From an uncultured Gammaproteobacteria bacterium (GTDB taxonomy: Bacteria > Pseudomonadota > Gammaproteobacteria > Steroidobacterales > Rariloculaceae), in contig CAVUTF010000016.1 in NCBI GenBank assembly GCA_963744305.1, positions 4,459-68,458 on the forward strand: 64,000 bases of DNA, written 5' to 3'. A program made the position numbers and the translations under genes. This document shows positions 1 to 9,263 of the stretch, in pieces. Each line of letters begins with the position of its first letter. Position 1 is the first letter of the stretch. Under the pieces are notes generated by a model, which was not told the DNA's origin, did no database searches, and was given only the letters and a program-made list of their open reading frames with translations.

Positions 1-1348
1 CACCCTTCTCGACCCAGTTGACGAGGGAGCTCAAGAGATCGAACTCGTCGAGGGCGGCTGCGCCGCCGCGGCAGTGCAGCATGCCCGGAACGAGATAGAA
101 CCGGCTCCAATCCTGCACCTTGGCCATGCCGCCGTTCACGTTCGCCATCCTCTTGTAGTAGTCGAGCGTGTCCATCGCGTGGAACGTCGGATCGCTCATG
201 CCGTTGTAGAAGATGAGCTTGCCGCCATGGCCCGAGAAGCTCGTCAAGTTCGTCCACGTGCTGTTGGTCAACGCTTCGAGAGGGTCGTTCGCGAGCTCGA
301 ACAGGCGTGCGTCGACATCGGCTGCGGTCATCGGGGCTCGCACGGCCGCAGGCGGCTCCGCGCTCGGGAACATCACGGCAACGTCGGCGTCGTACAAGCT
401 CATCGGGGCGACGAGCTCGCCCGTCGAATTGCGCGGACCCGGGAACGCTTTCTTGAGCGCAGCGACTTGAGGTTGCGAGAGGCACGAATCGGTCTTCGCG
501 CCTTTGCAAGTCAGCACGGCGGGGTCGAACGTACAGGCGTCCGGGTTGAACACCATGCCGTCCTTGAGTCCGTCATTGGCGTCGCACGCGTTGAGCATGC
601 TGTCGACGAAGAGCTTCTTGTCCGCCTCCGAGTACAGCTTGTGCGGCTGCGGCTTGCCGGCGCTGTCCTTCGGCGCGAACTCCGCGAACGACGCTTGACG
701 CCACTGGTTGCCAAAGCGCGAGAAGCCCGTGCGCATTGCGGGATCGCCCGAGATCACGCCGTCGTAGTAGGTCGGATGGCGTTGCGTCATGAGCATCGCT
801 TCGCGGCCGCCCGTGGAGCAGCCCGTGAAGTACGAGTAGCGCGCGTCCTGGCCGTAGTAACGGGCGACGATCTGTTTGGCGACTCGCGTGACCTGCGCGA
901 CCGCGACTTGCGCGAAATCCAGGCTCGCCTGCTGGTCGACGTCGTAGCTCCTGCCCTCGCCTTGATGGCCCGTGTCCGACGTCGCGACGGCAAAACCGCG
1001 CGCGAGCGCCACGCTGCCGCCGGAGGCCGCCGCGCCGAGCGGCGGGCGCACCAAGCCGTTGTAGCCGCCGCCGCCCTGAAACAGGTAACGATTGTTCCAG
1101 TTGTCGGGCAGCGCGACGGCGAACCCGACACCGTAGGTTTTTCCGTCGGCGCCTTTGCGTTCGTTGATCATGCCGTCGACTTGGCAACGCGACGGCAAGC
1201 CTTCCGCGGCGGGCAGCACCGTCGCTTTGGTGATCACGAGCGGCTCGCCCGGAACTTGGAACGTGGTCATGTCCGCGCACTTGCTCGATGCCTGGCCGAA
1301 GGCGCTCCCGGCCAGCCCTAGCAATAGCAATAGGCTTAGATTCTTCAC
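1..1348 (-). CDS. tannase/feruloyl esterase family serine hydrolase, exported; 3' end runs off the window
   Basis: Absent from the ORF track because it is open at position 1. Hand translation from GTG 1348 (aaggggg SD upstream) gives signal peptide VKNLSLLLLLGLAGSAFGQA, then YSYFTGCSTGGREAMLMTQRHPTYYDGVISGDPA (G-C-S-x-G-G nucleophile block) and LVPGMLHCRGG, as in the tannase/feruloyl esterase family. Track ORFs 74..1321(+) and 573..1487(-) are shadow frames. Confidence 0.85.
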   Translation of the reverse strand, partial: MKNLSLLLLLGLAGSAFGQASSKCADMTTFQVPGEPLVITKATVLPAAEGLPSRCQVDGMINERKGADGKTYGVGFAVALPDNWNNRYLFQGGGGYNGLVRPPLGAAASGGSVALARGFAVATSDTGHQGEGRSYDVDQQASLDFAQVAVAQVTRVAKQIVARYYGQDARYSYFTGCSTGGREAMLMTQRHPTYYDGVISGDPAMRTGFSRFGNQWRQASFAEFAPKDSAGKPQPHKLYSEADKKLFVDSMLNACDANDGLKDGMVFNPDACTFDPAVLTCKGAKTDSCLSQPQVAALKKAFPGPRNSTGELVAPMSLYDADVAVMFPSAEPPAAVRAPMTAADVDARLFELANDPLEALTNSTWTNLTSFSGHGGKLIFYNGMSDPTFHAMDTLDYYKRMANVNGGMAKVQDWSRFYLVPGMLHCRGGAAALDEFDLLSSLVNWVEKG

Positions 1349-1713
1349 GGTTAGGTTCCCCCTTTGACAGCCTTGCTCGAGTGAGCTCATAGCCCGAGCC
1401 AGTATAAGACTCTAGATAGCTCCGCCGTCTAGGTTTGCCCGCAGCGTCGTTGGGAACACCGGAGCTCTGGCTACGCACGATCGTCATTCACAGGCACGGT
1501 TTAGCGAAAGCCTTCGTGCGAATCGGCCGGCGAATCTTCGTCGATCCCCGCAAGTTTCACGAGCTCGCCCGCGCCGCCTGTAGATTAGTGAACCGCGCCC
1601 TCGACCTCTTGATTTGAGCCCGGGCGTGCCGCACGCTCGGCGGGCGATTATCCGGTTTTTTCGATGGCTATGTGATGGCACCTGGTGCCGATCACAACTT
1701 TGCGGAGGCACAA

Positions 1714-2109
1714 ATGATTAGACAAGCTTTGGGATGTGTCGTCGTGTTCGGGTGTCTGATGGCCAGTGCGTCGCTCCAGGCGCATCATTCCACCGCCGGC
1801 GTCTATGACCCGGCGAAGGAGGGGGAGGTCAAGGGCACGCTGGCCGGCCTCAAGTTCGTGAATCCGCACGGATCGATTGTGGTTACGGTGAAGAACACCG
1901 ACGGCACGACGACCGACTGGACGTTCACGACCGGTTCGGCCACGGCGCTCGCCGAGCGCGGGATCACCAAAGTCGGCCCGAACGCGCTCAAGATCGGCGA
2001 AGAGTTGACCGTGACGTTCACCCCGGCACGGAACGGGAGTCCATTGGGAGGCCTCAAGACGATTAAGCGGGCGGACGGCTCGGTCATAGGTAACCAAGGC
2101 GGCAATTAG
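1714..2109 (+). CDS. small exported HHS-NPH domain protein (DUF6152-like), module 1
   Basis: ATG 1714 with GGAGG 5 nt upstream (track ORF 1672..2109 starts too early). Signal peptide MIRQALGCVVVFGCLMASASLQA, predicted mature N-terminus HHSTAG, FVNPH motif about 30 aa later. Paralogue of five other ORFs in the window. Confidence 0.8.
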   Translation: MIRQALGCVVVFGCLMASASLQAHHSTAGVYDPAKEGEVKGTLAGLKFVNPHGSIVVTVKNTDGTTTDWTFTTGSATALAERGITKVGPNALKIGEELTVTFTPARNGSPLGGLKTIKRADGSVIGNQGGN

Positions 2110-2137
2110 TCAACTGCGCCCTCGACTGGAGATCACT

Positions 2138-3283
2138 ATGGCTTCTCAAAAACGAACGATGCCGACAGGTGTCGCCATCGTCGCGACTCTCATGATCAGC
2201 GTGCCGTCCCTGTCGGGCGCTCAAGTTACAATTCGAAGCATAGAGACGGCAACGGCAGCCGGCGACCAAGCTCCCCGCCGAGAGGAAGCGGTGCCCGAGT
2301 ACACGCCTGCGCCCGGCGCAAAGGACCTGAAGTCGGTCCTGTTCAACTGGGCTTGGTACACGGGAATGCTGCGGAGCACTGAGGAACGAGATCTGATCAT
2401 GACGCTCGTCTATGAGGGCAAGGGCACCATCCAAGTGGACGGACAGCCCTGCAATGTGACGAGGTACCGAACCGACATCAGCTACCGGGCGTCCGGTGAG
2501 CGGATCCGGATCACCGGCACTCGGCCCAATGGTCAGAGTTGCTCCACTATCGAAGTCCTCAGTGGAGCTTATGCCTGGAACGAAGACATTCAGGGTGCCG
2601 AACTGATTCCGGGCCAAGGCAAAGCCACTCCGATGCCGGCAACCGTCGAGGAGCGGATGATTCGCCTGTGGGCAAACCCGCAGGGTGCGTGGAAGGCCGC
2701 CATGGCCGGCACTCAGTCCACGAACGCACCTCAAATGGCAGCCAGGCCGCAAGGGGTACCCGCCGATGTGATGACGGCAGGCAAAACGTCAGTCAAATGG
2801 GAAGGCAACAAGCCGGTGCTGACGTTCCCGGTCCCGGGCGTCCCCAATGCAACGGCCACCGCCACACTCGACGCAAAATTCATGGCCGAGAGCGTCGTGG
2901 TCAAGAAGGGCGCGGACACGTACGAGTTCACTTACAGCGACTATAGAGATTGGAACAATCCGCTCCACCCCGCCGAGGTGTTCTATGCCGGCAAGATGAC
3001 GGAGAAGAAGAACGGCACCGTCGTCCGCGACATTACGACGACGGTGACGGAAACGGGACAGATGTATGTCGTAGTGCCTGTGCCGGCAAGCGTCAAGGCG
3101 GCGATCAAGCCAACGAATCAGCCTCTCAACTGGACGCTCGAGGGAGCGCCCGCGAAGGAGACTGCAGCCGTCGCCACGCCGCGCCGCGCCGACGGGAAGC
3201 CGGACCTGGACCGGAGTCTGGGGTCGCTGCATTTAATCCAATCGCGGGTAATGGACGCCGCCGATGTGGTCCAACGCAGGTGA
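2138..3283 (+). CDS. exported protein of unknown function (about 355 aa); probably the N-terminal part of a frameshifted fusion with 3280..3975
   Basis: Signal peptide MASQKRTMPTGVAIVATLMISVPSLSGA and protein-like composition throughout. The last credible residues ..RRADGKPDL start the PD[FL][ST]GV[WY] motif that opens the partner domain in the other modules; the ORF tail after that looks out of frame. Confidence 0.65.
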   Translation: MASQKRTMPTGVAIVATLMISVPSLSGAQVTIRSIETATAAGDQAPRREEAVPEYTPAPGAKDLKSVLFNWAWYTGMLRSTEERDLIMTLVYEGKGTIQVDGQPCNVTRYRTDISYRASGERIRITGTRPNGQSCSTIEVLSGAYAWNEDIQGAELIPGQGKATPMPATVEERMIRLWANPQGAWKAAMAGTQSTNAPQMAARPQGVPADVMTAGKTSVKWEGNKPVLTFPVPGVPNATATATLDAKFMAESVVVKKGADTYEFTYSDYRDWNNPLHPAEVFYAGKMTEKKNGTVVRDITTTVTETGQMYVVVPVPASVKAAIKPTNQPLNWTLEGAPAKETAAVATPRRADGKPDLDRSLGSLHLIQSRVMDAADVVQRR

Positions 3284-3975
3284 AGGGTGGAGGAGTCAAC
3301 CCCGAGTTCGGCTGCAGAGGCGGGCAAGACAACTTCTGGGTGGAATACGCGTGGATCTCGCCCTCGCGGTTTGGGGTGCTAGGTCTTCCCACTTACAAGC
3401 CCGAGTTGTGGGACCAGATTCAGGAACTCGATATGTGGACGAACAAGTACGATCCAGTCATGACGTGCATCCCGCTGGGACTCCCACGGCACGGCACGCC
3501 CCGGCGGATCATCCAAACCGATAAAGACGTCATCTTCTTCTATGGAGAGAATGCCGATTACGGTGGCGGAGCCAACGAATACCGCGACATCCCCACGGAT
3601 GGTCGCGAGCGGACACCGCGACAGTTGTCCCTCCCGACGTACTACGGGCAGAGCATAGGAACCTGGCAAGGGGATACGCTCGTCATCGACTCCATTTCAT
3701 TCAACGATGCCACGTGGTTGGGACGAGGGGGCTTCATCCACTCCGGCAGCATGCATATCGTCGAGAAACTCACACGTGTCGGAAATGAGCTCCGATACGA
3801 CATGACGATCGAAGATCCAGAGATGTTTGTCGAGCCCTGGGTGATGCCGACCCGCGTCCTGGCCCTGGGGGGCGGTGGCGGTGGCGGCGGCGGTAACTTC
3901 GACGGAATCCAGCCAGAGCGCGCGAGTTGCGAAGTGTACGAAGAGGACAACGTCACGATTCAGAGTCGACACTGA
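3280..3975 (+). CDS. GDTLV-domain protein (partner domain of HHS-NPH proteins), module 1
   Basis: GTG 3280 overlaps the upstream TGA (GTGA), but there is no signal peptide from that start. Family motifs MTCIPLGLPR, IPTDGR, GTWQGDTLVIDS, TIEDPEMFVEPW, ERASCEVYEED are present, with an internal 9xGly insert (3868..3894). TGVWG is readable in the third frame at about 3206-3222, suggesting 1-2 indels joining it to 2138..3283. Confidence 0.7.
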   Translation: MKGGGVNPEFGCRGGQDNFWVEYAWISPSRFGVLGLPTYKPELWDQIQELDMWTNKYDPVMTCIPLGLPRHGTPRRIIQTDKDVIFFYGENADYGGGANEYRDIPTDGRERTPRQLSLPTYYGQSIGTWQGDTLVIDSISFNDATWLGRGGFIHSGSMHIVEKLTRVGNELRYDMTIEDPEMFVEPWVMPTRVLALGGGGGGGGGNFDGIQPERASCEVYEEDNVTIQSRH

Positions 3976-3992
3976 GAACTGACCAAAGCAGA

Positions 3993-4035
3993 GTTAAGGG
4001 ACAGAGAGCAGCTCCTCTCTGTCCCTTAACTTTTT
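3993..4035 (+). terminator. Rho-independent terminator after module 1
   Basis: Perfect 16-bp stem GTTAAGGGACAGAGAG / CTCTCTGTCCCTTAAC with 6-nt loop CAGCTC, followed by TTTTT. It lies 18 nt after the stop at 3975. Confidence 0.85.
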
Positions 4036-4117
4036 GTAGCGGAAGCCCGCCCCGGAGAGATGGCCGAGTAGTCGATGGCGGTGGGGTTGAAAACCACTGA
4101 CTTGGAAGAGAGCCTCA

Positions 4118-5161
4118 GTGCGGCCGAAGCGTTCGCAGCAACGTATGATTCGACCCCTCCCGCTTGCTCTAGTCGCGTTAGCGGCGACGCAGACCACGTG
4201 GACACAGCAGCCGCTCACGCACGATCTCGCGTTGGAGCCCGGGCATGTGCATTGGGGTTACTACGACTCCCGCGTACCGCCGGTGCTGCGGATCGCCTCG
4301 GGCGATCGCGTACGGGTGGAGACGATGGTCGCAGGCGGACTGCAGCGCGTCAGATTGGCGGGAGCAATTGAGTCTGAGATTCCGGAGTCGCTGAAAGCCG
4401 TCGAGCTCGGTGTCACTGAGCGGGGCCCAGGCGTACATCCAATGACCGGGCCGATCTTCGTAGAGGGCGCCGAGCCAGGCGACTCCCTGGAGGTACGTAT
4501 TCTCGCAATCGATTTCCTTCATCCATTCGGCGTTGTTGCGTTCAATCCCGGCGGAGGCGTCATCCCAGACGAGTTTCCCTACGCGCATTTCCGGATGCTG
4601 CGATGGCAGCCGGGGGCCGACCGCTTCGAGTTCAACCCTGGGATTTTACTAAGCCTTGCGCCCTTCTTCGGCTCGATTGGGGTAGCGCCCCCACCCCTCG
4701 TCGGAAGAATTTCGAGCCGCCCGCCTGGATGGCATGGCGGCAATCTAGACAACAAAGATCTCGTGGCAGGATCAACGCTGTACTTGCCGGTCCATGTGCC
4801 AGGCGCCCTTCTGTCGATCGGTGACGGCCACGGTATGCAGGGCGACGGCGAAGTCACGGGCACAGCGCTGGAAACGTCACTTCGGGGCACATTCGAGGTG
4901 CGCGTCCGCAAAGGCCAGCGGCTGCGTTGGCCTCGCGCGGAGACCTCAACGCACTACATCAGCATGGGACTTCACGAGGATCTCGATGAAGCCACACGGC
5001 TCGCCACCCGCGAGATGATCGAGTTTCTGGTCGCCGAGAAGGGGCTGTCACGAGACGAGGCATATGTGTTGTGTTCGCTGGCGGCCGATCTGCATGTGAC
5101 GCAAGCTGTCGATCAAACGAAAGGCGTGCACGCGACAATCGCGAAGTCCATCTTCAAATAG
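4118..5161 (+). CDS. acetamidase/formamidase family amidase, exported
   Basis: Blocks GPIFVEGAEPGDSLEV, GGNLDNKDLVAGSTLYLPV and GDGHGMQGDGEV are typical of the FmdA/AmdA family. The likely true start is ATG 4145 (MIRPLPLALVALAATQT signal peptide). Confidence 0.8.
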   Translation: MRPKRSQQRMIRPLPLALVALAATQTTWTQQPLTHDLALEPGHVHWGYYDSRVPPVLRIASGDRVRVETMVAGGLQRVRLAGAIESEIPESLKAVELGVTERGPGVHPMTGPIFVEGAEPGDSLEVRILAIDFLHPFGVVAFNPGGGVIPDEFPYAHFRMLRWQPGADRFEFNPGILLSLAPFFGSIGVAPPPLVGRISSRPPGWHGGNLDNKDLVAGSTLYLPVHVPGALLSIGDGHGMQGDGEVTGTALETSLRGTFEVRVRKGQRLRWPRAETSTHYISMGLHEDLDEATRLATREMIEFLVAEKGLSRDEAYVLCSLAADLHVTQAVDQTKGVHATIAKSIFK

Positions 5162-5438
5162 GGGGGGCCGGACGCGGTCGTTATGCGACTCTCCTATGAG
5201 CATCAGGCAGTCAGTCGTCTCGCACCTTGAGTTGCTCTCCCAGCCATCGCTACAGCCCTGGAGTACGAGGGCAAAGTCCCAATCGCCAACGTTCATGGTG
5301 AATTGGTCAGCGGCCTCTGCAGCGATTTGTATCACCCGAAGAGTCAACAGACTCGGTTTGCGGCCGCTGTCCTGACCGTGGGCGTATGATCCGGCTCAAA
5401 TGCGGCGTTCCAGCGTCTCTTCGAGCGGGAGCAGGTGC

Positions 5439-5690
5439 ATGAAGCCACTAGTGCTCACTTTGTTTTTCCTAACTGCTAGCGCCTTTGCGCAGAACACGCA
5501 CGACCCCGTGCAACTATGCCGACAAATCTTCAGCCTCGAACAAGCTGTCGGGAAACTGCTCGTCAAGTTCCCAGAAAACCATCCCGACATCGTATTGCTG
5601 CGCAAAGAGATCGAAGCGCAGCGCACGCTGCTTGAGCAAGTGGCGCCCGGTACTTGTTTAGTTCGCCGAATAGCGCCGAATACGAACTAA
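5439..5690 (+). CDS. small exported protein, unknown function; C-terminus possibly truncated by the adjacent IS remnant
   Basis: ATG 5439 gives signal peptide MKPLVLTLFFLTASAFAQ followed by helical-looking sequence. It sits in a lower-GC patch, and its 3' end overlaps the transposase remnant. No homology recognised. Confidence 0.35.
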   Translation: MKPLVLTLFFLTASAFAQNTHDPVQLCRQIFSLEQAVGKLLVKFPENHPDIVLLRKEIEAQRTLLEQVAPGTCLVRRIAPNTN

Positions 5691-5900
5691 GACGTCGGGG
5701 CGATGGAGCGTCGGCCGCGTGCGGACGATGGTAATTGTAGTAGTCCTCCCACTCACGGAGCTTCTGTATGAGATTCTCCTGGTGGCGCCGGCGTTCGCGG
5801 CACGTTCCGCGACCGATCGTCGATGCGCGGCCCGCCGTCGTGCCGATCCGACGAACGACGGCCGCTGCATCGGTGTGCGTGACCTCCGGCCGAAGCTGCG
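5660..5900 (-). mobile_element. degraded C-terminal remnant of a DDE (rve-type) transposase/integrase
   Basis: The minus-strand frame of track ORF 5563..6417 reads ..ENLIQKLREWEDYYNYHRPH.. (about 5719-5775), the characteristic end of the integrase core domain. Upstream sequence is only loosely rve-like and out of frame. No catalytic core and no inverted repeats were seen. Confidence 0.45.
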
Positions 5901-5960
5901 CATGCTGTCTCCAAGCAGTAACTCGTGGTGAAAGGGCCAGACGGCAGGTCGGCGAGCCGA

Positions 5961-7115
5961 TCACTGCACCTTGATGTATTTGCGTAGGTTGTTCGGCCCG
6001 ACGTCCGCTGCATAGATGTTGCCCTGCGCGTCGACGGCGATGCCGGACGCCGACGTGCCCGTGTCGGTCATCTTGCTGAGATCGGTCGGATCGGGAATCA
6101 GATACTTGAGCTCGCCCGAAATCGCGTCGCCGACGACGATGGCCCGATCGTTCGGCCCTGAGATCGCGGCCGTCGCCGACTCGCCGCGGGACGGATCCTG
6201 GTACGTAGCACCCACGTACAAGTTGTCCTCGGCATCCACGTACACGGAGCTCGGCTGACCGAACTGCGACCAGGCGGCAATGAACGTGCCCTCTTGATCG
6301 AAGACCTGCACGCGCCGATTCAACCGATCCGCAACGTAGACCCAGCCGCGCGATCCGCCGACGTAGAGATCGTGCGGCTCGCTGAAGTTTCCGGGCGTCG
6401 AGCCGGGGCTGCCCCACGATTTGACGTACTGGCCGTCGCGCGTGAACTTGATGATGCGGCTGTTGTTCGAGCGGTTGGTTGCGTGACCATCGGCCACGAA
6501 GATGTCGCCGTTCGCACCGATAGACACGCCCGTCGGCCGGTCGAACAGCCCGGGTGCGCTACCGCCCTGTCCCGGCGTGCCGAGCGTCATCAGCACTTCG
6601 CCGTCGGGGCTGATCTTGAGCGCGGTTTGCCCGAGCGGGCGTCCGCGCGCGTCTTTCGCCGGGATGCCGAGAATCGACTCTTTGTCGTTTGTATCGGTCG
6701 TCCACAGGTTGCCGTCGCGATCCACGGTGAACCCGTGCGGACTCGCGAACAGCCCGACGCCGATGCTGCGCAGCAACTCACCGGCTGGACTGAACTCGAG
6801 GAGCGGCGGATTGGCTGCGCCGCGCGCGAGGCACGTGGCGTCGCCGTTCGGCTGGTCGTGGAAGCAGCGATTGAACACCCAGATGTTGCCGTTCGGCGCC
6901 AAGTGGATGCGGATCACCTCGCCCCACTTGCGCCCGTTCGGCCCTTTCATCGACGCCGGCAACGTCGGCCAGTCCGGGTCGAGTCGGTACGGGTTCGGGA
7001 GCGTGGGCCTCGGCGCGGCCGGCGAGCTGCCTTGTGCGTACACCAGCACCGGCACGAAGGCCACGAGGACGAGGCTCAACAGAACCCCGACGCAGGAACG
7101 GGCTGGACCACGCAT
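5961..7115 (-). CDS. NHL-repeat six-bladed beta-propeller protein, exported
   Basis: True start is ATG 7115 (AGGAGG upstream) with signal peptide MRGPARSCVGVLLSLVLVAFVPVLVYAQG. Repeated NHL-like blades are present (GNIWVFN, GNLWTTD, GDIFVADG, GWVYVADRLNRRVQVFD, DNLYVG, GNIYAADV). Confidence 0.8.
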   Translation of the reverse strand: MRGPARSCVGVLLSLVLVAFVPVLVYAQGSSPAAPRPTLPNPYRLDPDWPTLPASMKGPNGRKWGEVIRIHLAPNGNIWVFNRCFHDQPNGDATCLARGAANPPLLEFSPAGELLRSIGVGLFASPHGFTVDRDGNLWTTDTNDKESILGIPAKDARGRPLGQTALKISPDGEVLMTLGTPGQGGSAPGLFDRPTGVSIGANGDIFVADGHATNRSNNSRIIKFTRDGQYVKSWGSPGSTPGNFSEPHDLYVGGSRGWVYVADRLNRRVQVFDQEGTFIAAWSQFGQPSSVYVDAEDNLYVGATYQDPSRGESATAAISGPNDRAIVVGDAISGELKYLIPDPTDLSKMTDTGTSASGIAVDAQGNIYAADVGPNNLRKYIKVQ

Positions 7116-7329
7116 CACTCGGGCCTCCTGTATGTTGTTCTTCGCGACCTTGCCCAATGCGAGGAGACTCGGACGGCTCGAATCGTCGGCCGATTGTAGC
7201 GCGAGATCCGTTTGGCGGTTCCTGAGGTTGACTCCCCATTTTCGGCTTCGTAGGCTCGTTAGCTCAGGGGAGCGCGCCGGTCCACAATCCGGCGGCCGTG
7301 AAATTCTTTCAACGCGTTGGGGGTGCTCA

Positions 7330-8647
7330 ATGAAGGCCAAGAATCGAGGGCGTAGGCAGTTCTTGAAGCAGAGCGCGGCCTTGGCCGGCGGACTGACCGC
7401 GACGTCAGCGCTTCTAAACGACTCAGCCCTTGGCCAGGCGGGCGATCCTCAGACCGATGCCACCAACTCCGTCGACGCCGTCCTGTACGGACGCCGCTCG
7501 CGCTTCGTCACGACCGTGCGCGTCATCGAGGGGTCGAGCAGCCCCGAGAATTCGCCGCCGCGGCCCGACCCGTATCGGCCCTCGGCCAAGACGCCCGTCG
7601 GCGATCTCATCGGCATCATCACGCCGACGTCCCTGCATTTCACGACGCAGCACTTCTATGGCATCCCGGACATCGATCCGGAACGGCATCGGCTCATGAT
7701 TCACGGCATGGTGGATCGTCCGCTCGTGTTCACGATGGAGGAGCTCAAGCGGATGCCGTCGGTGTCGCGCGTGCACTTCATCGAGTGCATCGGCAACCGC
7801 CCGAATCCGCAAGGCCGGACCGCCGCCGACACGCACGGCCGGATGGGCTGCAGCGAGTGGACCGGCGTGCCGTTGTCCTTCCTGCTGCAAAGAGGCCGGC
7901 GTCCAAGACGGCGCGAAGTGGATCGTCGGCGAAGGCGCCGACGGCGGCAAGCACGGCAAGAGCGTGCCGCTCGCCAAGGCGCTCGACGACGTGCTCGTGG
8001 CCTACGGCCAGAACGGCGAGCCTGTGCGGCCCGACCACGGCTTCCCCCTGCGGCTGCTCGTGCCGGGCATGGAAGGCATCTATCAGGTCAAGTGGCTGCG
8101 GCGCATCAAGGTCGTCGATCAGCCGTATCTGACCTACCAGGAATCCTCGCGCTTCCTGCACGACGATCCGCGGACGCAGCCGAACACCTATGAGTTCGGG
8201 CCGAAGTCGGTCATCACGGCCCCGTCGGGCGGTCAACGCTTGTCCCGCCCCGGCCTCCACACCGTGACCGGCCTCGCCTGGTCGGGTGGCGGGGCCATCC
8301 GCTCGGTGGAAGTGTCCACCGACGGCGGACGTACCTATCAGCCCGCGGAGATCGCGGGGCCCGCGCTGCCGCGAGCGTTCACTCGCTTCAACTTCCCGTG
8401 GACTTGGGACGGCAAGGAGACCGTGCTGCAGTCGCGTTGCGTGGACGAGCGCAACCAACGTCAACCGTCGGAGGCCGAGTTCATGGAGTACTGGGGCATG
8501 ACGCGCCCGGAGCTCTACCGCGCCTCGAACACGCGGCTCGGCCATTGCAACTGGATTCAGGCGTGGAAGGTCACGCCGACAGGCGACGTCGTCAACGGCC
8601 TCGAGCCCATCAACGTCACCATCACCGACGTCCACGAACATGCGTAA
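7330..8647 (+). CDS. sulfite-oxidase-family molybdoenzyme (SoxC/SorA-like), Tat-exported; interrupted by an apparent 1-nt indel
   Basis: ATG 7330 with Tat signal MKAKNRGRRQFLKQSAALAGG, then HFTTQHFYGIPDIDPERHRLMIHGMVDRPLVFTMEELKRMPSVSRVHFIECIGN. The protein continues in track ORF 7964..8647 (PLRLLVPGMEGIYQVKWLRRIKV plus dimerisation domain). The frames join at the AAA run 7889-7891 (..LSFLLQ / KEAGVQDGAKWIVGEGADGGKHGKSVPLAKAL..). Confidence 0.85.
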
Positions 8648-9263
8648 CGGCCGGAGGCTCGTCCTGCTGACCGTGGCAACACTCGCCACGAGCGTGTACG
8701 CGCAGACGGAGCAGGAGATGCGGACCGCGCCAATCCTGCGTGCCCCGGAGCCGCAAGCGGGGACCGGCCGCGGACCCAACCGGATCGGCCGCCCGCCCAC
8801 GGCACAGGAGATCGAGCAGTGGGACATCTCGATCGGGCCCGATGGCGCAGAGCTGCCGGAGGGCAGCGGAACGGCCACGCAAGGCGCGCTCGTCTTCACG
8901 CAGCGAGACTGCTCCACGTGCCACGGCCCGACGGGCGTCGAAGGACCGGCCAACGAGCTCGTCGGCGGCAAGCCCTCGACTTCGTCGAGTTACTTCCCGA
9001 TCGTGTATTGGCCCTTCGCCACGATGATCTGGGACTTCATCCATCGCGCCATGCCGTACGACCGCCCGGGTCGGCTGACGAATGACGAAGCCTACGCGCT
9101 GACGGCGTTCCTGTTGTTCCGCAACGGCATCATCGAGGAGGCGGATGTGATGGACGCGAACAGCCTGCCGCGAGTGCAGATGCCGCATCGGTCCGCGTAC
9201 ACCGTTCCCGAGCCGTGGAAGCCCGGCACGCATAAGGGGATGCAGGTCCTCGTCGGGCGGTGA
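8640..9263 (+). CDS. c-type cytochrome (SoxD/SorB-like partner)
   Basis: The ATG overlaps the upstream stop by 8 nt. Signal peptide present, and a single CSTCH haem-binding motif. Confidence 0.8.
   Translation: MRNGRRLVLLTVATLATSVYAQTEQEMRTAPILRAPEPQAGTGRGPNRIGRPPTAQEIEQWDISIGPDGAELPEGSGTATQGALVFTQRDCSTCHGPTGVEGPANELVGGKPSTSSSYFPIVYWPFATMIWDFIHRAMPYDRPGRLTNDEAYALTAFLLFRNGIIEEADVMDANSLPRVQMPHRSAYTVPEPWKPGTHKGMQVLVGR

Noticed and set aside
74-1321. 415-aa ORF (and many similar long R/A/G/P-rich ORFs throughout the track, e.g. 573..1487, 7778..8971, 9980..10972, 12220..13389, 27376..28380, 28984..29958, 32766..34085, 55310..56515)
   Set aside because: These are shadow ORFs typical of very GC-rich DNA. 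They overlap a gene with clear family motifs on another frame or strand, and they have Arg/Ala/Pro-dominated low-complexity composition.
5165-5347. Minus-strand about 60-codon ORF (part of track ORF 5048..5347) downstream of the formamidase gene
   Set aside because: No SD, no recognisable motif, and its 3' part overlaps the formamidase coding region. There is insufficient evidence for a gene.
7251-7300. tRNA-like stretch (..GCTCGTTAGCTCAGGGGAGCGCGCCGGTCCACAATCCGGCGG..) upstream of the molybdoenzyme gene
   Set aside because: It has a D-arm-like TAGCTCAGGGGAG segment and a 5-6 bp stem with an 8-nt loop, but the D-stem is mismatched and there is no T-arm (no GTTCRA) and no acceptor pairing. It is not a tRNA; at most it is a 5'-UTR hairpin.
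6502-8193. 563-aa ORF
   Set aside because: It is a chimera. The first 276 codons are antisense shadow of the NHL gene. The real SoxC/SorA-like gene starts at ATG 7330, and the last 100 codons are out-of-frame after the indel at 7889-7891.
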